DNA from: a virus
IMG/VR virus record: IMGVR_UViG_3300007540_000013
Location: 35,006 to 99,005 of that record
Length of the DNA: 64,000 nt
Direction: 5' to 3' (one strand)
Position 1 is the first letter of the stretch. Each line of letters begins with the position of its first letter. The translations under genes and the position numbers were made by a program. The notes beneath the pieces were generated by a model. The model did no database searches. It saw only the letters and a list, made by a program, of their open reading frames with translations, and was not told the origin of the DNA. Of the stretch, positions 18,201 through 27,833 are shown piece by piece.

Positions 18201-19678
18201 TAAGTAATGCTGCCCACTTACAAGAAGTAGATTACAGCACCGGTACTATCTCTCCCACCAATCTACCTCAGATACTTAATAATGAAGCAGTAACAGCTGA
18301 AGTTAGTGAGTATATACATAACTCCGCCGGTATGGTGAGAGGCAAGTACACAGGTAAGCAACTAACAGCAGCAGAATTAAGCAAGTATACTGACGGAGAT
18401 ATCTCATACGGTAAAACTCCTGTAATTAACTATACGGGTAAGTATTTTGCTTACGCACCAGATCTAGAACGCACTGACCCTCTAGTAGTCGGTAAAACTC
18501 AATATTCAGTAAGGTACTTAATTGATGATAATAGAGAGGTACTAGACCTAACAGCTATTGAAGAAACACGTAAGCATCTTTCTCAAAACTATAGAGAGAA
18601 AGAAGGCGTCTCGGTAAGATTGCAAAATCCCCGTATTACTGCTTTAGGAGCAGGATCTAATTATTATTTAGTAGGTGGGGCAAAAGTATATAAAGCAGGA
18701 AAACGTCCTGAATATATATTAGGAACTGAAATTACTCTAGGAGATTTTGCAACAGGAGATCTTACATTCGAAGGTACATCAATATCAGATTATAGCTTCT
18801 TAGCAACGAAGACCTCTGGTCAACTTGTATTCCCTACATACACAACTATAGTATTTAATAATGAAATATATGACGACGGATCCGATTACAATCCTTCAAC
18901 CGGTATATACACTTTTGGTGAAGATTCAGAAGCTAGAGTTAGCTTTGTTGCAAGTGGTGTTTTAACAAATATCAAATCTCAAGCAGAAAACGCTACTATT
19001 AGAATTATTCAAGATAGAGGAGGTACCGATACTGTTATTAAGTCTGAAACTTTTACAATACCTTCTGCCACCATCTCCCTAAATTCTGGAACTAAAAATT
19101 TCAGTATTCAATCCGGATTGCGTTATTTTGAGAATGGTGATAAGGTTCGAGTAGAAGTACAAGGAGCAGCAGGAATAAATGTAAGTTCAGGATCAGAGTT
19201 CTTTAATATACAAGCACCTCAAGCATCTGCAAACGTTACCGCTTCTAATGTATGGACAACCGGATCTTCTACTGGATTTACTTTAACTAGTTCAGCAGCA
19301 TTAGCAAATCAATACGGCACTAATATACAAGAGCCATTCTCAGGATCCTCTTTCCCTTCTGCTTCTTTATTATTTACTTTAGAAAGAGGAGATGAGTTTA
19401 GATTTGGAGGAAGTGAAGATAATGTGTATGTTGTACTAGAAGCAGAACGTCAAGGTTTAATATACGTAACATTAAACAAACCATTAAATCCTTCCTTAAA
19501 CATTAATCAGTTTACCGTACGTAGGTTTGTAGACGATACCACCTCGTTGATAACTAATCAAAAGAAACTTGCAGGAGATACTTCCCCTGCGTTTATTCTA
19601 CCTGAATACACAGCACCAGATCTCAATGATAACTTAGACGCTATTATAAAAGATCTAGTAGGACGGAATCTTATTTAA
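15215..19678 (+). CDS. Large baseplate wedge protein (gp7/tail protein I-like core plus beta domains)
   Basis: YKRIYHNLPYLIKTKGTERGLRALINCFG motif; 1487 aa. Confidence 0.7.
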   Translation: MASTTYYISGTGDQLQLTAADQQKVNTVKLSAQFDPSQDIAEASIYNNRGQFVNTTLVNVGLNTPSTSQDPAQSNEDRDLTSSTIFIDAEPLILSLSDFEKNGATAKYCFYRPTLSNLEVDEISYDRTEVKVKYISFSRPQAQIDRLIELINNAAYYGKIGISHPEGAYTPIINVIDDGEYVYLKLYRSLPDLVNLGDPININQEVADPITVTFNYTPDAPVVEPLPSLRSPNFNIDLDDRATVTTEYLDYNTLYSLPVTNSYNRVFSELEGLGVGISVDYTNYENFVHFSSAKERLANFKYKVDLYDRYRNERAEAVALSNATNAITSSNLYYDNLIKGILTKFDGYERYLFYESSSKAWPKASSNLPYINISSSLPEAVTWYEREYASASLYDELNESNLEYTIPEFIRQDSNNAPYSLFLNMIGQHFDELWLSAKGITDRYDADNRLDFGISKDLIAKTLQSFGVKLYSSNFSTSNLTNLFLGEWMDTGSEQINTFVTASNDPTPDKDILSETYKRIYHNLPYLIKTKGTERGLRALINCFGIPSGSLSIEVFGGLERNDSSYFGYEQPSTTKIKLDNTGSIIPGDTLSQYTSIIKPYEKYNQDLHVVEVGFTPTKYMDEYIKTLFPGKFMLPLDYAFPYLNQEAYVIEGDFNLDEYIGDPRYRGQSNYKTIKNASLLQEANSVVPNSGSYDVNDFIRLVKFFDNQLFKMVKDFVPARDTVSAGIIIKPTILDRAKVPTPVFSFTQPEYSGSIDTAFITGSAAGIINQHSTAYTASVFTPSGSINKIYDDEAAQINGELGGTVLDMYSGSLNEANELKKPSTILPIYEASGSNGTAPVPGQFTWQSGTINRQQGGLTLAAGYGVASIYINEVDSNNVDLENVLENLTTGDELTFTVDYRYYDLDFFSPGPTGPIRTKTVTQTVENISSNSANTWYITFKNSSIGALVGEAQAAQYNVHPLTRTSTSVIFSPFINVQNIDYHPYNATLNNATKISNAAHLQEVDYSTGTISPTNLPQILNNEAVTAEVSEYIHNSAGMVRGKYTGKQLTAAELSKYTDGDISYGKTPVINYTGKYFAYAPDLERTDPLVVGKTQYSVRYLIDDNREVLDLTAIEETRKHLSQNYREKEGVSVRLQNPRITALGAGSNYYLVGGAKVYKAGKRPEYILGTEITLGDFATGDLTFEGTSISDYSFLATKTSGQLVFPTYTTIVFNNEIYDDGSDYNPSTGIYTFGEDSEARVSFVASGVLTNIKSQAENATIRIIQDRGGTDTVIKSETFTIPSATISLNSGTKNFSIQSGLRYFENGDKVRVEVQGAAGINVSSGSEFFNIQAPQASANVTASNVWTTGSSTGFTLTSSAALANQYGTNIQEPFSGSSFPSASLLFTLERGDEFRFGGSEDNVYVVLEAERQGLIYVTLNKPLNPSLNINQFTVRRFVDDTTSLITNQKKLAGDTSPAFILPEYTAPDLNDNLDAIIKDLVGRNLI

Positions 19679-19711
19679 CTTCATATTTATACTATATAAA
19701 CTTTACAAACA

Positions 19712-20368
19712 ATGGGATATTTAGACAATTCAGTAGTAACAGTTGATGCTATCTTAACAAAGAAAGGTAGAGAGCTCATGGCTAGAGGAGATGGCTCTTT
19801 CAGAATCACGCAATTTGCATTGTCTGATGATGAAATCGACTATACACTTTACAACACCACTCACCCATCTGGTTCTAATTATTACGGAGAAGCGATTGAA
19901 GGCATGCCTTTATTAGAAGCCTTCCCAGATGAGACTCAAATCATGAAATACAAGCTTGTAACTCTTCCAAGAGGTACAGCAAGACTTCCAATCTTAGATT
20001 TAGGTTACGCTGCTATTACATTGAAGCAAGGAGCATCTTTAGCTATCACTCCACAAACTTTAAATTACTTAGGAGCTAATCAAACTTTTGAAACAAACGG
20101 ATATACTGCAACAATTGCTGATGCAAGAGTATTAAGTACATTTAACGGTACAGGTATTAACACACCTGAAGCTGCTACATTAAACAGCACAACTACATTA
20201 GGTACTAATGTATCTAAGACTGTTATTGGATCTTCGATTACACTTACTGCAACTAACGTTAATACGTTATTCGGATCTAACACATCACTTCAGACTACAG
20301 TAACTGTAGTAGGTAGAGATTCCGGAGCACGTTTAACTATTCCGGTAACTATTAATAAAATAAACTAA
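19712..20368 (+). CDS. Baseplate/tail-collar structural protein
   Basis: DAILTKKGRE..ITQFALSDDEIDY resembles collar-fibre N-termini; late promoter at 19684. Confidence 0.6.
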   Translation: MGYLDNSVVTVDAILTKKGRELMARGDGSFRITQFALSDDEIDYTLYNTTHPSGSNYYGEAIEGMPLLEAFPDETQIMKYKLVTLPRGTARLPILDLGYAAITLKQGASLAITPQTLNYLGANQTFETNGYTATIADARVLSTFNGTGINTPEAATLNSTTTLGTNVSKTVIGSSITLTATNVNTLFGSNTSLQTTVTVVGRDSGARLTIPVTINKIN

Positions 20369-20374
20369 TAGCAT

Positions 20375-21388
20375 ATGTCTTATAAAAGATTTGAAGCCGA
20401 CGATTTAGTAGTAAGTGCTGAACCAGTTACATCTCCAATATGGAGTACTGGAGTACCTATTTTAACAGAATTTTACACTGGATCAGGGCAAGCTAATGGA
20501 GTAACAGGTAATTACTACCTAAACGTATATCAAACAGGATCTGGTCAATCAACAGCTGCAGTTCAATTTGCCGTTACATACGGCGATATCGAAGGATCAG
20601 GTTCTACTGCTTACAACTCTGCAGTACCAGAAAAAACATACAGTAGAACAATTTACGGTCAGTTAAGAACTCTTATAACAGGTGATGAAAATACGAACTT
20701 AAGGTTTGGTGAATACGAACCTAAAAATGTGTATGGAATTGCTATAGATAGAGATAGATACAGAGAGAGCTTACTACAAGGATCTTTCAACTTACATCTA
20801 TCCAGTAGCTCGCCAAGTATTGGGACCCTACACTTAACAGATAATAGCAAGGATGTTAGTACAGTAACCTATAACGATGCTGGTAGAGTTTTCCAAGTAG
20901 TATCCGGTTCTAATGGATCTTCTTACTCAAGTACTGGGTATACAACTAACTCTGGATCCTACGGTATATTTCTACCTGATGTAGGGTTAATATTATTAAA
21001 CGCAGATGCATTAGATGATAATTCTGGCGAAGGTATTAACTTAGGAACTCAGAGATCTTCAAACACGAATAACGATAATGAAGCTAAACTTTATAACGCA
21101 ATCGTAGGAGCAGCAAATTTCCAATTGAACTACCAGGAGACCATATCTTCGCAGTTTGTATTTACAAGAGTACGTAATAGTGAATTCAACTATTCAACTA
21201 ACCCTTCGTACATTACAGGATCTGGCGACTTACGTATTAATAATTTCATTAACGCTCCACAAACATATATTACAACTGTAGGGATGTATAATGATAATAA
21301 CGAGTTATTAGCTGTAGCTAAATTATCTAAACCTTTATTAAAAGACTTCACTAAAGAAGCGTTAATTCGCATCAAGTTAGACTTCTAA
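20375..21388 (+). CDS. Baseplate/tail-collar structural protein
   Basis: C-terminal YITTVGMYNDNNELLAVAKLSKP. Confidence 0.65.
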   Translation: MSYKRFEADDLVVSAEPVTSPIWSTGVPILTEFYTGSGQANGVTGNYYLNVYQTGSGQSTAAVQFAVTYGDIEGSGSTAYNSAVPEKTYSRTIYGQLRTLITGDENTNLRFGEYEPKNVYGIAIDRDRYRESLLQGSFNLHLSSSSPSIGTLHLTDNSKDVSTVTYNDAGRVFQVVSGSNGSSYSSTGYTTNSGSYGIFLPDVGLILLNADALDDNSGEGINLGTQRSSNTNNDNEAKLYNAIVGAANFQLNYQETISSQFVFTRVRNSEFNYSTNPSYITGSGDLRINNFINAPQTYITTVGMYNDNNELLAVAKLSKPLLKDFTKEALIRIKLDF

Positions 21389-21391
21389 TGA

Positions 21392-22588
21392 ATGAGTACT
21401 TATATAAAACTCAACAAGCAAGATACCTACGTAACTACCTATACTGCGCATAAACCATGGGTGCTTACCAACCATTTGACTAGCTCTTATGGTATAAGGA
21501 AATATACTGCGTTATCAAGTTCCGGTATTGTCTCTATGGACAATATAACTCTAACAGAAGACAGTCAAAGCGCTGAACTTCTTTATAGGAGTCTTCACCA
21601 TTTGTATTATTCTGGATTTTCTACCGGAAGTAGTATTTCAAGCTCTGCAGAAAACTATCATCAGACAACTCTATATGATAGTTCTTCCCGTGAGATCTTT
21701 TCAACAGCATCCTTGTATTCTATTCCTACGGATATATACGGACATGGGTTAGTACCTGGAACAATTCATATAAAATCTCAACCTACAGGAAGTTTCTACA
21801 TAGTCGACGACGGAGAAGGTAAACTAAGATCATCAGGATCTTTCGATTACAGTGCAGTAACCTCTTCACAAACTACTACTCATATATCTTCTAGTACTTT
21901 TGACTCAGCACCAAGTAGTACTGAATTAGATATAACACCGGGTATTGCTATCGGTCCATCTTCTGAATGGAACTTAACTAGGATTACCTGGTCAGGGGGT
22001 ACGGGAGACTCCCCAATCACTGAGAATGGGGTAAAAGTAAGTATAGTAACAGATCAAGCATCTTTAGATGTAATTTCTTTTACCAGCGCAACTACTTTAG
22101 AAACTAGTGATCTGAGTATAATTAGATTCCTATCGACTCCAGATAATGTAAATACTTTAAATTTCACTTTCGAATCCTCTAGTTTTACTACCACTAGGCC
22201 TTCAAGCAGTATTGTTGATAATCAAGTTCTAGGTGACGTAATTTATACTCACGGTAATTTAATATTAACTGAAGATAGTACAATCTACCACGTTGAAAAC
22301 CAACCATCCTACTCCTTAGCATTTAAAGGATCTTACTTAGTATACACTCATAATTTTAGATGTAAAGCAAGTGAGACGCAGTTAAACTATTCTCAAAATC
22401 CTACTATAAAATCTGGTAGTTTAGGTGATATTAAAGAGTTTGCAACAGGAAGTTACTTTAGACCTTATGTTACAACAGTAGGATTGTATAATGACTCAGA
22501 CGAACTCATCGCCATAGGAAAGATGGGACAACCCATCCCAAAGTCTAGATACATGGATATGACGTTTGTCGTAAAATTTGACATATAA
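21392..22588 (+). CDS. Baseplate structural protein, paralogue of the preceding gene
   Basis: C-terminal NYSQNP...YVTTVGLYNDSDELIAIGKMGQP. Confidence 0.65.
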   Translation: MSTYIKLNKQDTYVTTYTAHKPWVLTNHLTSSYGIRKYTALSSSGIVSMDNITLTEDSQSAELLYRSLHHLYYSGFSTGSSISSSAENYHQTTLYDSSSREIFSTASLYSIPTDIYGHGLVPGTIHIKSQPTGSFYIVDDGEGKLRSSGSFDYSAVTSSQTTTHISSSTFDSAPSSTELDITPGIAIGPSSEWNLTRITWSGGTGDSPITENGVKVSIVTDQASLDVISFTSATTLETSDLSIIRFLSTPDNVNTLNFTFESSSFTTTRPSSSIVDNQVLGDVIYTHGNLILTEDSTIYHVENQPSYSLAFKGSYLVYTHNFRCKASETQLNYSQNPTIKSGSLGDIKEFATGSYFRPYVTTVGLYNDSDELIAIGKMGQPIPKSRYMDMTFVVKFDI

Positions 22589-23076
22589 TGACACTCACTC
22601 CAGTATCTTGGAGATTTAGAGATAAACTTATAACTGAAATAGACGATATGCCCGAAGGTACTTTCGGCTTCATTTATAGAGTTACTCATCTCCCGACTAA
22701 GAAAAAGTACATAGGAAAGAAAGTTTTATTCTTTGAACGTAACGTTAAGTTAGGTAAGAGAGAATTAGAAGCTTTAAAAGAAGAGAGAAAAGCTGCCGGC
22801 ATAGGTGGTAGAGTACCTGCTAAAAAGAAAGTAGTTAAGGAATCTGATTGGAAAGAATACTACGGTTCACAAGAAGAAATCAAGAAACTAGCTAGATCTT
22901 CTAAACCAGAAGATTGGACTAGAGAGATATTAGATTTCGTTCCAACAAAAAAATTGTTGACTTATTACGAAATAAAGCATATCTTTATTAATGATGCTTT
23001 AGAAGATCCCGACTTTCTAAATGATAACATCTTAGGTAAGTTCTACCAGAAAGACTTTATCAAAGTTGGTTCTTAG
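22588..23076 (+). CDS. GIY-YIG family nuclease
   Basis: GFIYRVT...KKYIGKK, ESDWKEYYGS, E, N motifs. Confidence 0.8.
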   Translation: MTLTPVSWRFRDKLITEIDDMPEGTFGFIYRVTHLPTKKKYIGKKVLFFERNVKLGKRELEALKEERKAAGIGGRVPAKKKVVKESDWKEYYGSQEEIKKLARSSKPEDWTREILDFVPTKKLLTYYEIKHIFINDALEDPDFLNDNILGKFYQKDFIKVGS

Positions 23077-23096
23077 TATATAATTTCTTATATTAA
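23065..23096 (+). promoter_or_regulatory. Early-type promoter for primase/exonuclease
   Basis: GTTG 23065-23068, N20, TATATTAA 23089-23096. Confidence 0.75.
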
Positions 23097-23119
23097 GGTA
23101 ATAACTAGTTATACTCTCT

Positions 23120-24046
23120 ATGGAGAACGGATTACTGCTAAACGCAGTTGAAGGAGTTTTAGGCAAAAGTCATAAACGAGCAAGAGACAATTACGCGTTT
23201 CATTGCCCGTTCTGTAATCACCGTAAACCTAAGTTAGAAGTTAAGATGACTTCTGATGAAAAAGGACACAACCCATGGGAATGCTGGGTATGTAATACTC
23301 GAGGACGTACTATAAAGTCTCTTCTCCGTCAGATGAAGATTGGCAAGGAAGAAGCTATTGAAGTTCTTAAGTACGTTAAGAAAGGTGATAAGATTACCTA
23401 CCACGACTTAGAGGTAGTTGAATTACCGAAAGAATTCCAACCGTTACACTTAGCCTCTACTACTTCCATTATTGCTAATAAGATCAGAAAGTATCTCTAT
23501 AGAAGAGGGTTGACTGATAATGATTTTATTAAGTATAATATCGGCTACTGTATGACCGGTGAATACGGAGGTAGAATTATCATTCCATCGTATAATGAAA
23601 ATAATCAATTAAACTTTTTTGTAGGTAGAACGTTTGAAGATGCTTTTATGAAGTATAAGAATCCGTCTGCCTCTAAAGATATAGTCGTATTTGAAAATAT
23701 GATTAATTGGAATCAGCCAATCGTACTCGTTGAAGGAGTGTTCGATGCTATGGCTGTTAAGCGTAATGCTGTTCCAATCTTGGGTAAAACTTTATCTAAG
23801 AGCTTAATGAAGAAATTAGTTTCTAGTAAGGTTCAAGACATTTATATAGCATTAGATAAGGATGCATTAAAGAAAGCGCTAAGCTATTCTGAGCAGTTCT
23901 TATCAATGGGTAAACGTGTCTTCTTAGTAGATATGGTAGACAAAGATCCTAGCGAGATGGGTTTCTCTAATTTTACTCATCACGTCCAATCCGCTCAAGA
24001 GCTAACCTTCAGCGACCTCTTGAAGCACAAACTACAACTAGCATGA
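23120..24046 (+). CDS. DNA primase (DnaG/gp61-like)
   Basis: Zn finger CPFC..CWVC, RIIIP, KYKNP, TOPRIM VEGVFD and LDKD. Confidence 0.92.
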   Translation: MENGLLLNAVEGVLGKSHKRARDNYAFHCPFCNHRKPKLEVKMTSDEKGHNPWECWVCNTRGRTIKSLLRQMKIGKEEAIEVLKYVKKGDKITYHDLEVVELPKEFQPLHLASTTSIIANKIRKYLYRRGLTDNDFIKYNIGYCMTGEYGGRIIIPSYNENNQLNFFVGRTFEDAFMKYKNPSASKDIVVFENMINWNQPIVLVEGVFDAMAVKRNAVPILGKTLSKSLMKKLVSSKVQDIYIALDKDALKKALSYSEQFLSMGKRVFLVDMVDKDPSEMGFSNFTHHVQSAQELTFSDLLKHKLQLA

Positions 24047-24825
24047 TATATAAAGGTGCTAATGTTCTGAATGAGCATAAGAAGAAGAAGTTAATGTATG
24101 ATGGTCAATTAGAACAGATTACGTTCTTAGACCGTCGAGTTTACAAAAAGGAAGAAGGAGTTTACTACCCTTCTGTTACTACCGTTTTACAGTATATGCC
24201 TAAGAATAAGTTCTTCGATAACTGGTTAAAAGACGTCGGACATAATGCTGATCTTATTATGAGAAAAGCAGCAAACGAAGGTAATGCAGTCCATGAAGCA
24301 GTAGAAGATTTGATTGCAGGTAAAGAGATTACTTGGATGGATGATTTTGGTAATGCAAAATATAACCTTGTAGTATGGAATATGATCTTGAAAGCAGCAG
24401 AGTTTTTCAAGAAGCATAAACCAACTGTAATTGCAGCAGAAGAATTTACATTCTCAGATAAGTTTAAATATGCAGGGACTGCTGATTTAATTGTAGAGAT
24501 GGACGGCGAAAGATGGTTACTAGATGTTAAAACTTCGAACAATCTCCACCGTTCCTATGACTTACAGCTAGCAGCATATGCTAAAGCTTGGGAAGAGATG
24601 TTTGGACAGAAGATTGATAGAACCGGTATTTTATGGTTGAAATCCTCTAAGAGATCTGAATCTAAGAAAGAAGGAGTATACCAAGGAAAAGGTTGGGAGA
24701 TTAAGCAGATTGATAAGATTGATGAGAACTTTGAACTCTTTAAGACTATCTACAGTCTATATAAGCTCGATAACCCGACTACGGAACCTATTTATAATAG
24801 TTATCCAACTAAAGTAAAACTATGA
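24043..24825 (+). CDS. PD-(D/E)XK exonuclease
   Basis: YPSVTTVL, G..VH, YAGTADL, LDVKTS, LQLAAY. Confidence 0.88.
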   Translation: MIYKGANVLNEHKKKKLMYDGQLEQITFLDRRVYKKEEGVYYPSVTTVLQYMPKNKFFDNWLKDVGHNADLIMRKAANEGNAVHEAVEDLIAGKEITWMDDFGNAKYNLVVWNMILKAAEFFKKHKPTVIAAEEFTFSDKFKYAGTADLIVEMDGERWLLDVKTSNNLHRSYDLQLAAYAKAWEEMFGQKIDRTGILWLKSSKRSESKKEGVYQGKGWEIKQIDKIDENFELFKTIYSLYKLDNPTTEPIYNSYPTKVKL

Positions 24826-25658
24826 AACTAGCTGAAGCTCTTCTTTACGAAGCTCCTGAAAGCGCAAAAGCCATTATTATGGCCGGCGCTGCTGGTGCTG
24901 GTAAAACGTATCTTGCTAAGTCTGCTGTTATTCCAAACGCTCCCGGATTTAAGTACATGAATCCAGACACTTACATTGAACGTGAACAAGAGCCGATGAA
25001 CCTAACTCAAGCTTCTGCCCAGGTTGATAATAAAGATGTTCCCGCTGCAGTAGACAGCGCTGAAAACTTTATCTGGGATACTACAGCATCTAGTGCCGCT
25101 AAGATGGTAGGCGGGTTGTTCCGTAAGAAACAAGTACCGGGATTACTTAATAATGAGACTTATGATTTCATGATGATAATGGTGTATGCTGACCCGATGG
25201 TATCTTTCTTAAGAAACTTCCAAAGAGAAAGAAGAGTACCTAAGGTAGCAGTTTTATCTACTTGGAATAAAGTTTACGGTAATATTGGAGCATACAGTTC
25301 AAAATTAGGTAATAACTTTATGATGTATCAAGCACCTGTTCAAGATGCTGAAATCAAAAAAGAAGTAGAAGCTTTCGAAGCTGCTCATAAAGCAGGTAAG
25401 TTAGAAGAGTACTTCACAAACCTACTAGAAAAAGGTGGAGATAAATTCTCATCAAGTTTTAAGAGTGAAGTTCCTGACGAAGAACTATCACCAGAAGAAC
25501 TAGAAAAAAGACAGAAGAGTAGAGCTAAAACCCAAGAGCTATTTGAAGCTCAGATTAGAGAGTTAGCTAAACAATTCGGAGCAGTGAAAGGAGAGGTTGA
25601 CAAGTATCTAAAATCTGAAGAAGAGATTGCTTCAAGAGTTAAACAGTTTGCAGGGTAA
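24822..25658 (+). CDS. P-loop kinase (zeta-toxin/AAA_33-like)
   Basis: IIMAGAAGAGKT Walker A, NPD, IWDTT, RN..RER lid. Confidence 0.8.
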   Translation: MKLAEALLYEAPESAKAIIMAGAAGAGKTYLAKSAVIPNAPGFKYMNPDTYIEREQEPMNLTQASAQVDNKDVPAAVDSAENFIWDTTASSAAKMVGGLFRKKQVPGLLNNETYDFMMIMVYADPMVSFLRNFQRERRVPKVAVLSTWNKVYGNIGAYSSKLGNNFMMYQAPVQDAEIKKEVEAFEAAHKAGKLEEYFTNLLEKGGDKFSSSFKSEVPDEELSPEELEKRQKSRAKTQELFEAQIRELAKQFGAVKGEVDKYLKSEEEIASRVKQFAG

Positions 25659-27832
25659 TGAAAGTAGGAGTAATAGGAGGAGGATTTAAACCACCACACA
25701 AAGGTCATTACGAGTTAGCAAAACAAGCTTTAGCTCAAGTACCTGATTTAGATAAGATGATTATTTATGTCGGTAAGAACGTTAGAGACGGTATTGATCA
25801 ATCTCAATCTGTAGCTATCTGGAATCTATATAAAGATAGCTTAGGTAGCAATGTAGAGATTGTACCTGCTTCAAAAGCACCAATTGGACATATTTACTCC
25901 TATGCTTCAAATAACCCAGAAGATGAAGTACACTGGTTCTTAGGAGCCAGAGATGAAGAGGATAGAGCTGATATCGCTGATAGAACTTCTTACTTAGAGA
26001 AGAATAGAGAAAAGTATCCTAACTTAAATGTAGAAGTTGTTGAATCAACAGGTACAGATGTAAGCGGTACTGCAGCAAGAAAAGCATTAAGAGCAGGAGA
26101 CAAAGAATCGTTCTTTGATTTTATTCCTGATGTAGTAGATAAAGATAAAGTATACGATATTGTGAAGACACCAGAAACTAAAATGGCAGATGCTATCGAT
26201 GAGTTATTTGCTAACTTCATGTATGAAGAACAAGGAGAGGTAGAAGAAATAACAAAAGGATCTCCTGTAGCACCTATTGCAGTACTGCCTTCAGAACAAA
26301 GACAGAAGCTTCAAAACTATACAAAGATCTTACAAGACGCTCTACCGGATGAATTCGATGTAGAGTATAGACAAGATCATATTAGAGTATCGGTACCTTA
26401 TTTTGATAAAAATAAAAATCATCAAGACGACTGGACTCCTCATCAAACTCAATTACCAGAAGAGGTAGCAGAAGAGACTATCGGGCAATTTAATTTTGCC
26501 CCTTATATTGCTTCAATCTTAGAATACTGTATGACTAAAGGAATGAAAGTTACTCCTATTCCAGAGGTTAAGATTAGACGCGATGAAGAGAACGCTGCTA
26601 ACTTATTCGGTAAAACAGGTTACTACCAACCAGATACTCAAGAGATCGTTTTGTATGTAACCGGACGTCATCCTAAGGATGTATTGAGGAGCTTCTGTCA
26701 CGAACTTATTCATCACATGCAAAACCTAGAAGGTAGAGCTTTAACTTTCTACACAACTGATGTTCATGCTGATGAAAACCTAAAAGAGATTGAGCAAGAA
26801 GCTCACGCTAAAGGTAGCTTTTTATTTAGAGATTGGGAGAACTCAAACAAAGAACAGGCACCTATTGATGAATCTAATATTGTAGAATCTTTATCTAGAA
26901 CACAGAAAGAAGATTTAATAAGACAGGTAATTCGCTTGCAGAGAGATTACGGTGATAATATTGAAAAGATTGCAGCAAGACTAAAACTACCAGCCAGCCT
27001 CAGTAATAAGTTAAGAGCAACCGGAGTAGAGTTCGGTAAAAGATTTGTAGAAGCAGTTTTAGAAGAACAAAAAAAAAGTCTAGAGGAAGGTACTAAGTAC
27101 CGTTCTATCGTTGTAGATGTTAGAAAAGCAGTTAACGATGCTTTAAATACTCTTATTAAAGGAGAAAAGCTAGGAGGTTACAACTTACCGGTTAAGAGAG
27201 AGCCTACTGAAGAACATAGAGAATTAGCTAAGCAATACGGGTTTACTCCTCTAGGTCTTATGTTAAACGCTGAATATCAATCTGCATATTTGGGTACATT
27301 TAAAAGTAAGAGTGAAAAAGGAACACCAACAGAAGTAGGAGTATCGTTAAAGTTTGCCTTATCAGATGAAGTAGAAAAAGGAAAATACCACATAGACGGT
27401 GAAGCATCAAGTGATGAAGCTGAATTAGACATTATATTAGCATTTAACCCAGAAGACGGGACTAATATGCTACAGCAAATACAGCCTACGTTAACCGATC
27501 TCATTCGTCACGAGACTGAACATCTAACTCAATCCGGAGAACAGGTTAAGCCTGATAAATGGATGAGAGGTGATCAAGCTAGAAGACAGAAGATCAGGCA
27601 AAACCCAGAATTGTATTATAAGTATTTCTTACTACCTAAAGAAATAGATGCTAACATTCAAGGTTTATATGCTAAGTCTAAATACGAAAAGAATAGTTTT
27701 CAGGATACTGTAGATGCTTACTTAACAGATTTAGTAGGCGATGGGGTTATTACTCAAGCCAACAGTAAGCAGATTTACAATAAATGGAAAACTAGAGCAG
27801 CAGAAATAGGAGGAATCCCAGAGTTAAAATAA
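25658..27832 (+). CDS. HIGH-family nucleotidyltransferase fused to two HExxH zincin-like domains
   Basis: GGFKPPHKGH and VSGTAAR; RSFCHELIHHMQ..EQEA; LIRHETEHLTQ..EIDA. Confidence 0.8.
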   Translation: MKVGVIGGGFKPPHKGHYELAKQALAQVPDLDKMIIYVGKNVRDGIDQSQSVAIWNLYKDSLGSNVEIVPASKAPIGHIYSYASNNPEDEVHWFLGARDEEDRADIADRTSYLEKNREKYPNLNVEVVESTGTDVSGTAARKALRAGDKESFFDFIPDVVDKDKVYDIVKTPETKMADAIDELFANFMYEEQGEVEEITKGSPVAPIAVLPSEQRQKLQNYTKILQDALPDEFDVEYRQDHIRVSVPYFDKNKNHQDDWTPHQTQLPEEVAEETIGQFNFAPYIASILEYCMTKGMKVTPIPEVKIRRDEENAANLFGKTGYYQPDTQEIVLYVTGRHPKDVLRSFCHELIHHMQNLEGRALTFYTTDVHADENLKEIEQEAHAKGSFLFRDWENSNKEQAPIDESNIVESLSRTQKEDLIRQVIRLQRDYGDNIEKIAARLKLPASLSNKLRATGVEFGKRFVEAVLEEQKKSLEEGTKYRSIVVDVRKAVNDALNTLIKGEKLGGYNLPVKREPTEEHRELAKQYGFTPLGLMLNAEYQSAYLGTFKSKSEKGTPTEVGVSLKFALSDEVEKGKYHIDGEASSDEAELDIILAFNPEDGTNMLQQIQPTLTDLIRHETEHLTQSGEQVKPDKWMRGDQARRQKIRQNPELYYKYFLLPKEIDANIQGLYAKSKYEKNSFQDTVDAYLTDLVGDGVITQANSKQIYNKWKTRAAEIGGIPELK

Positions 27833-27833
27833 A

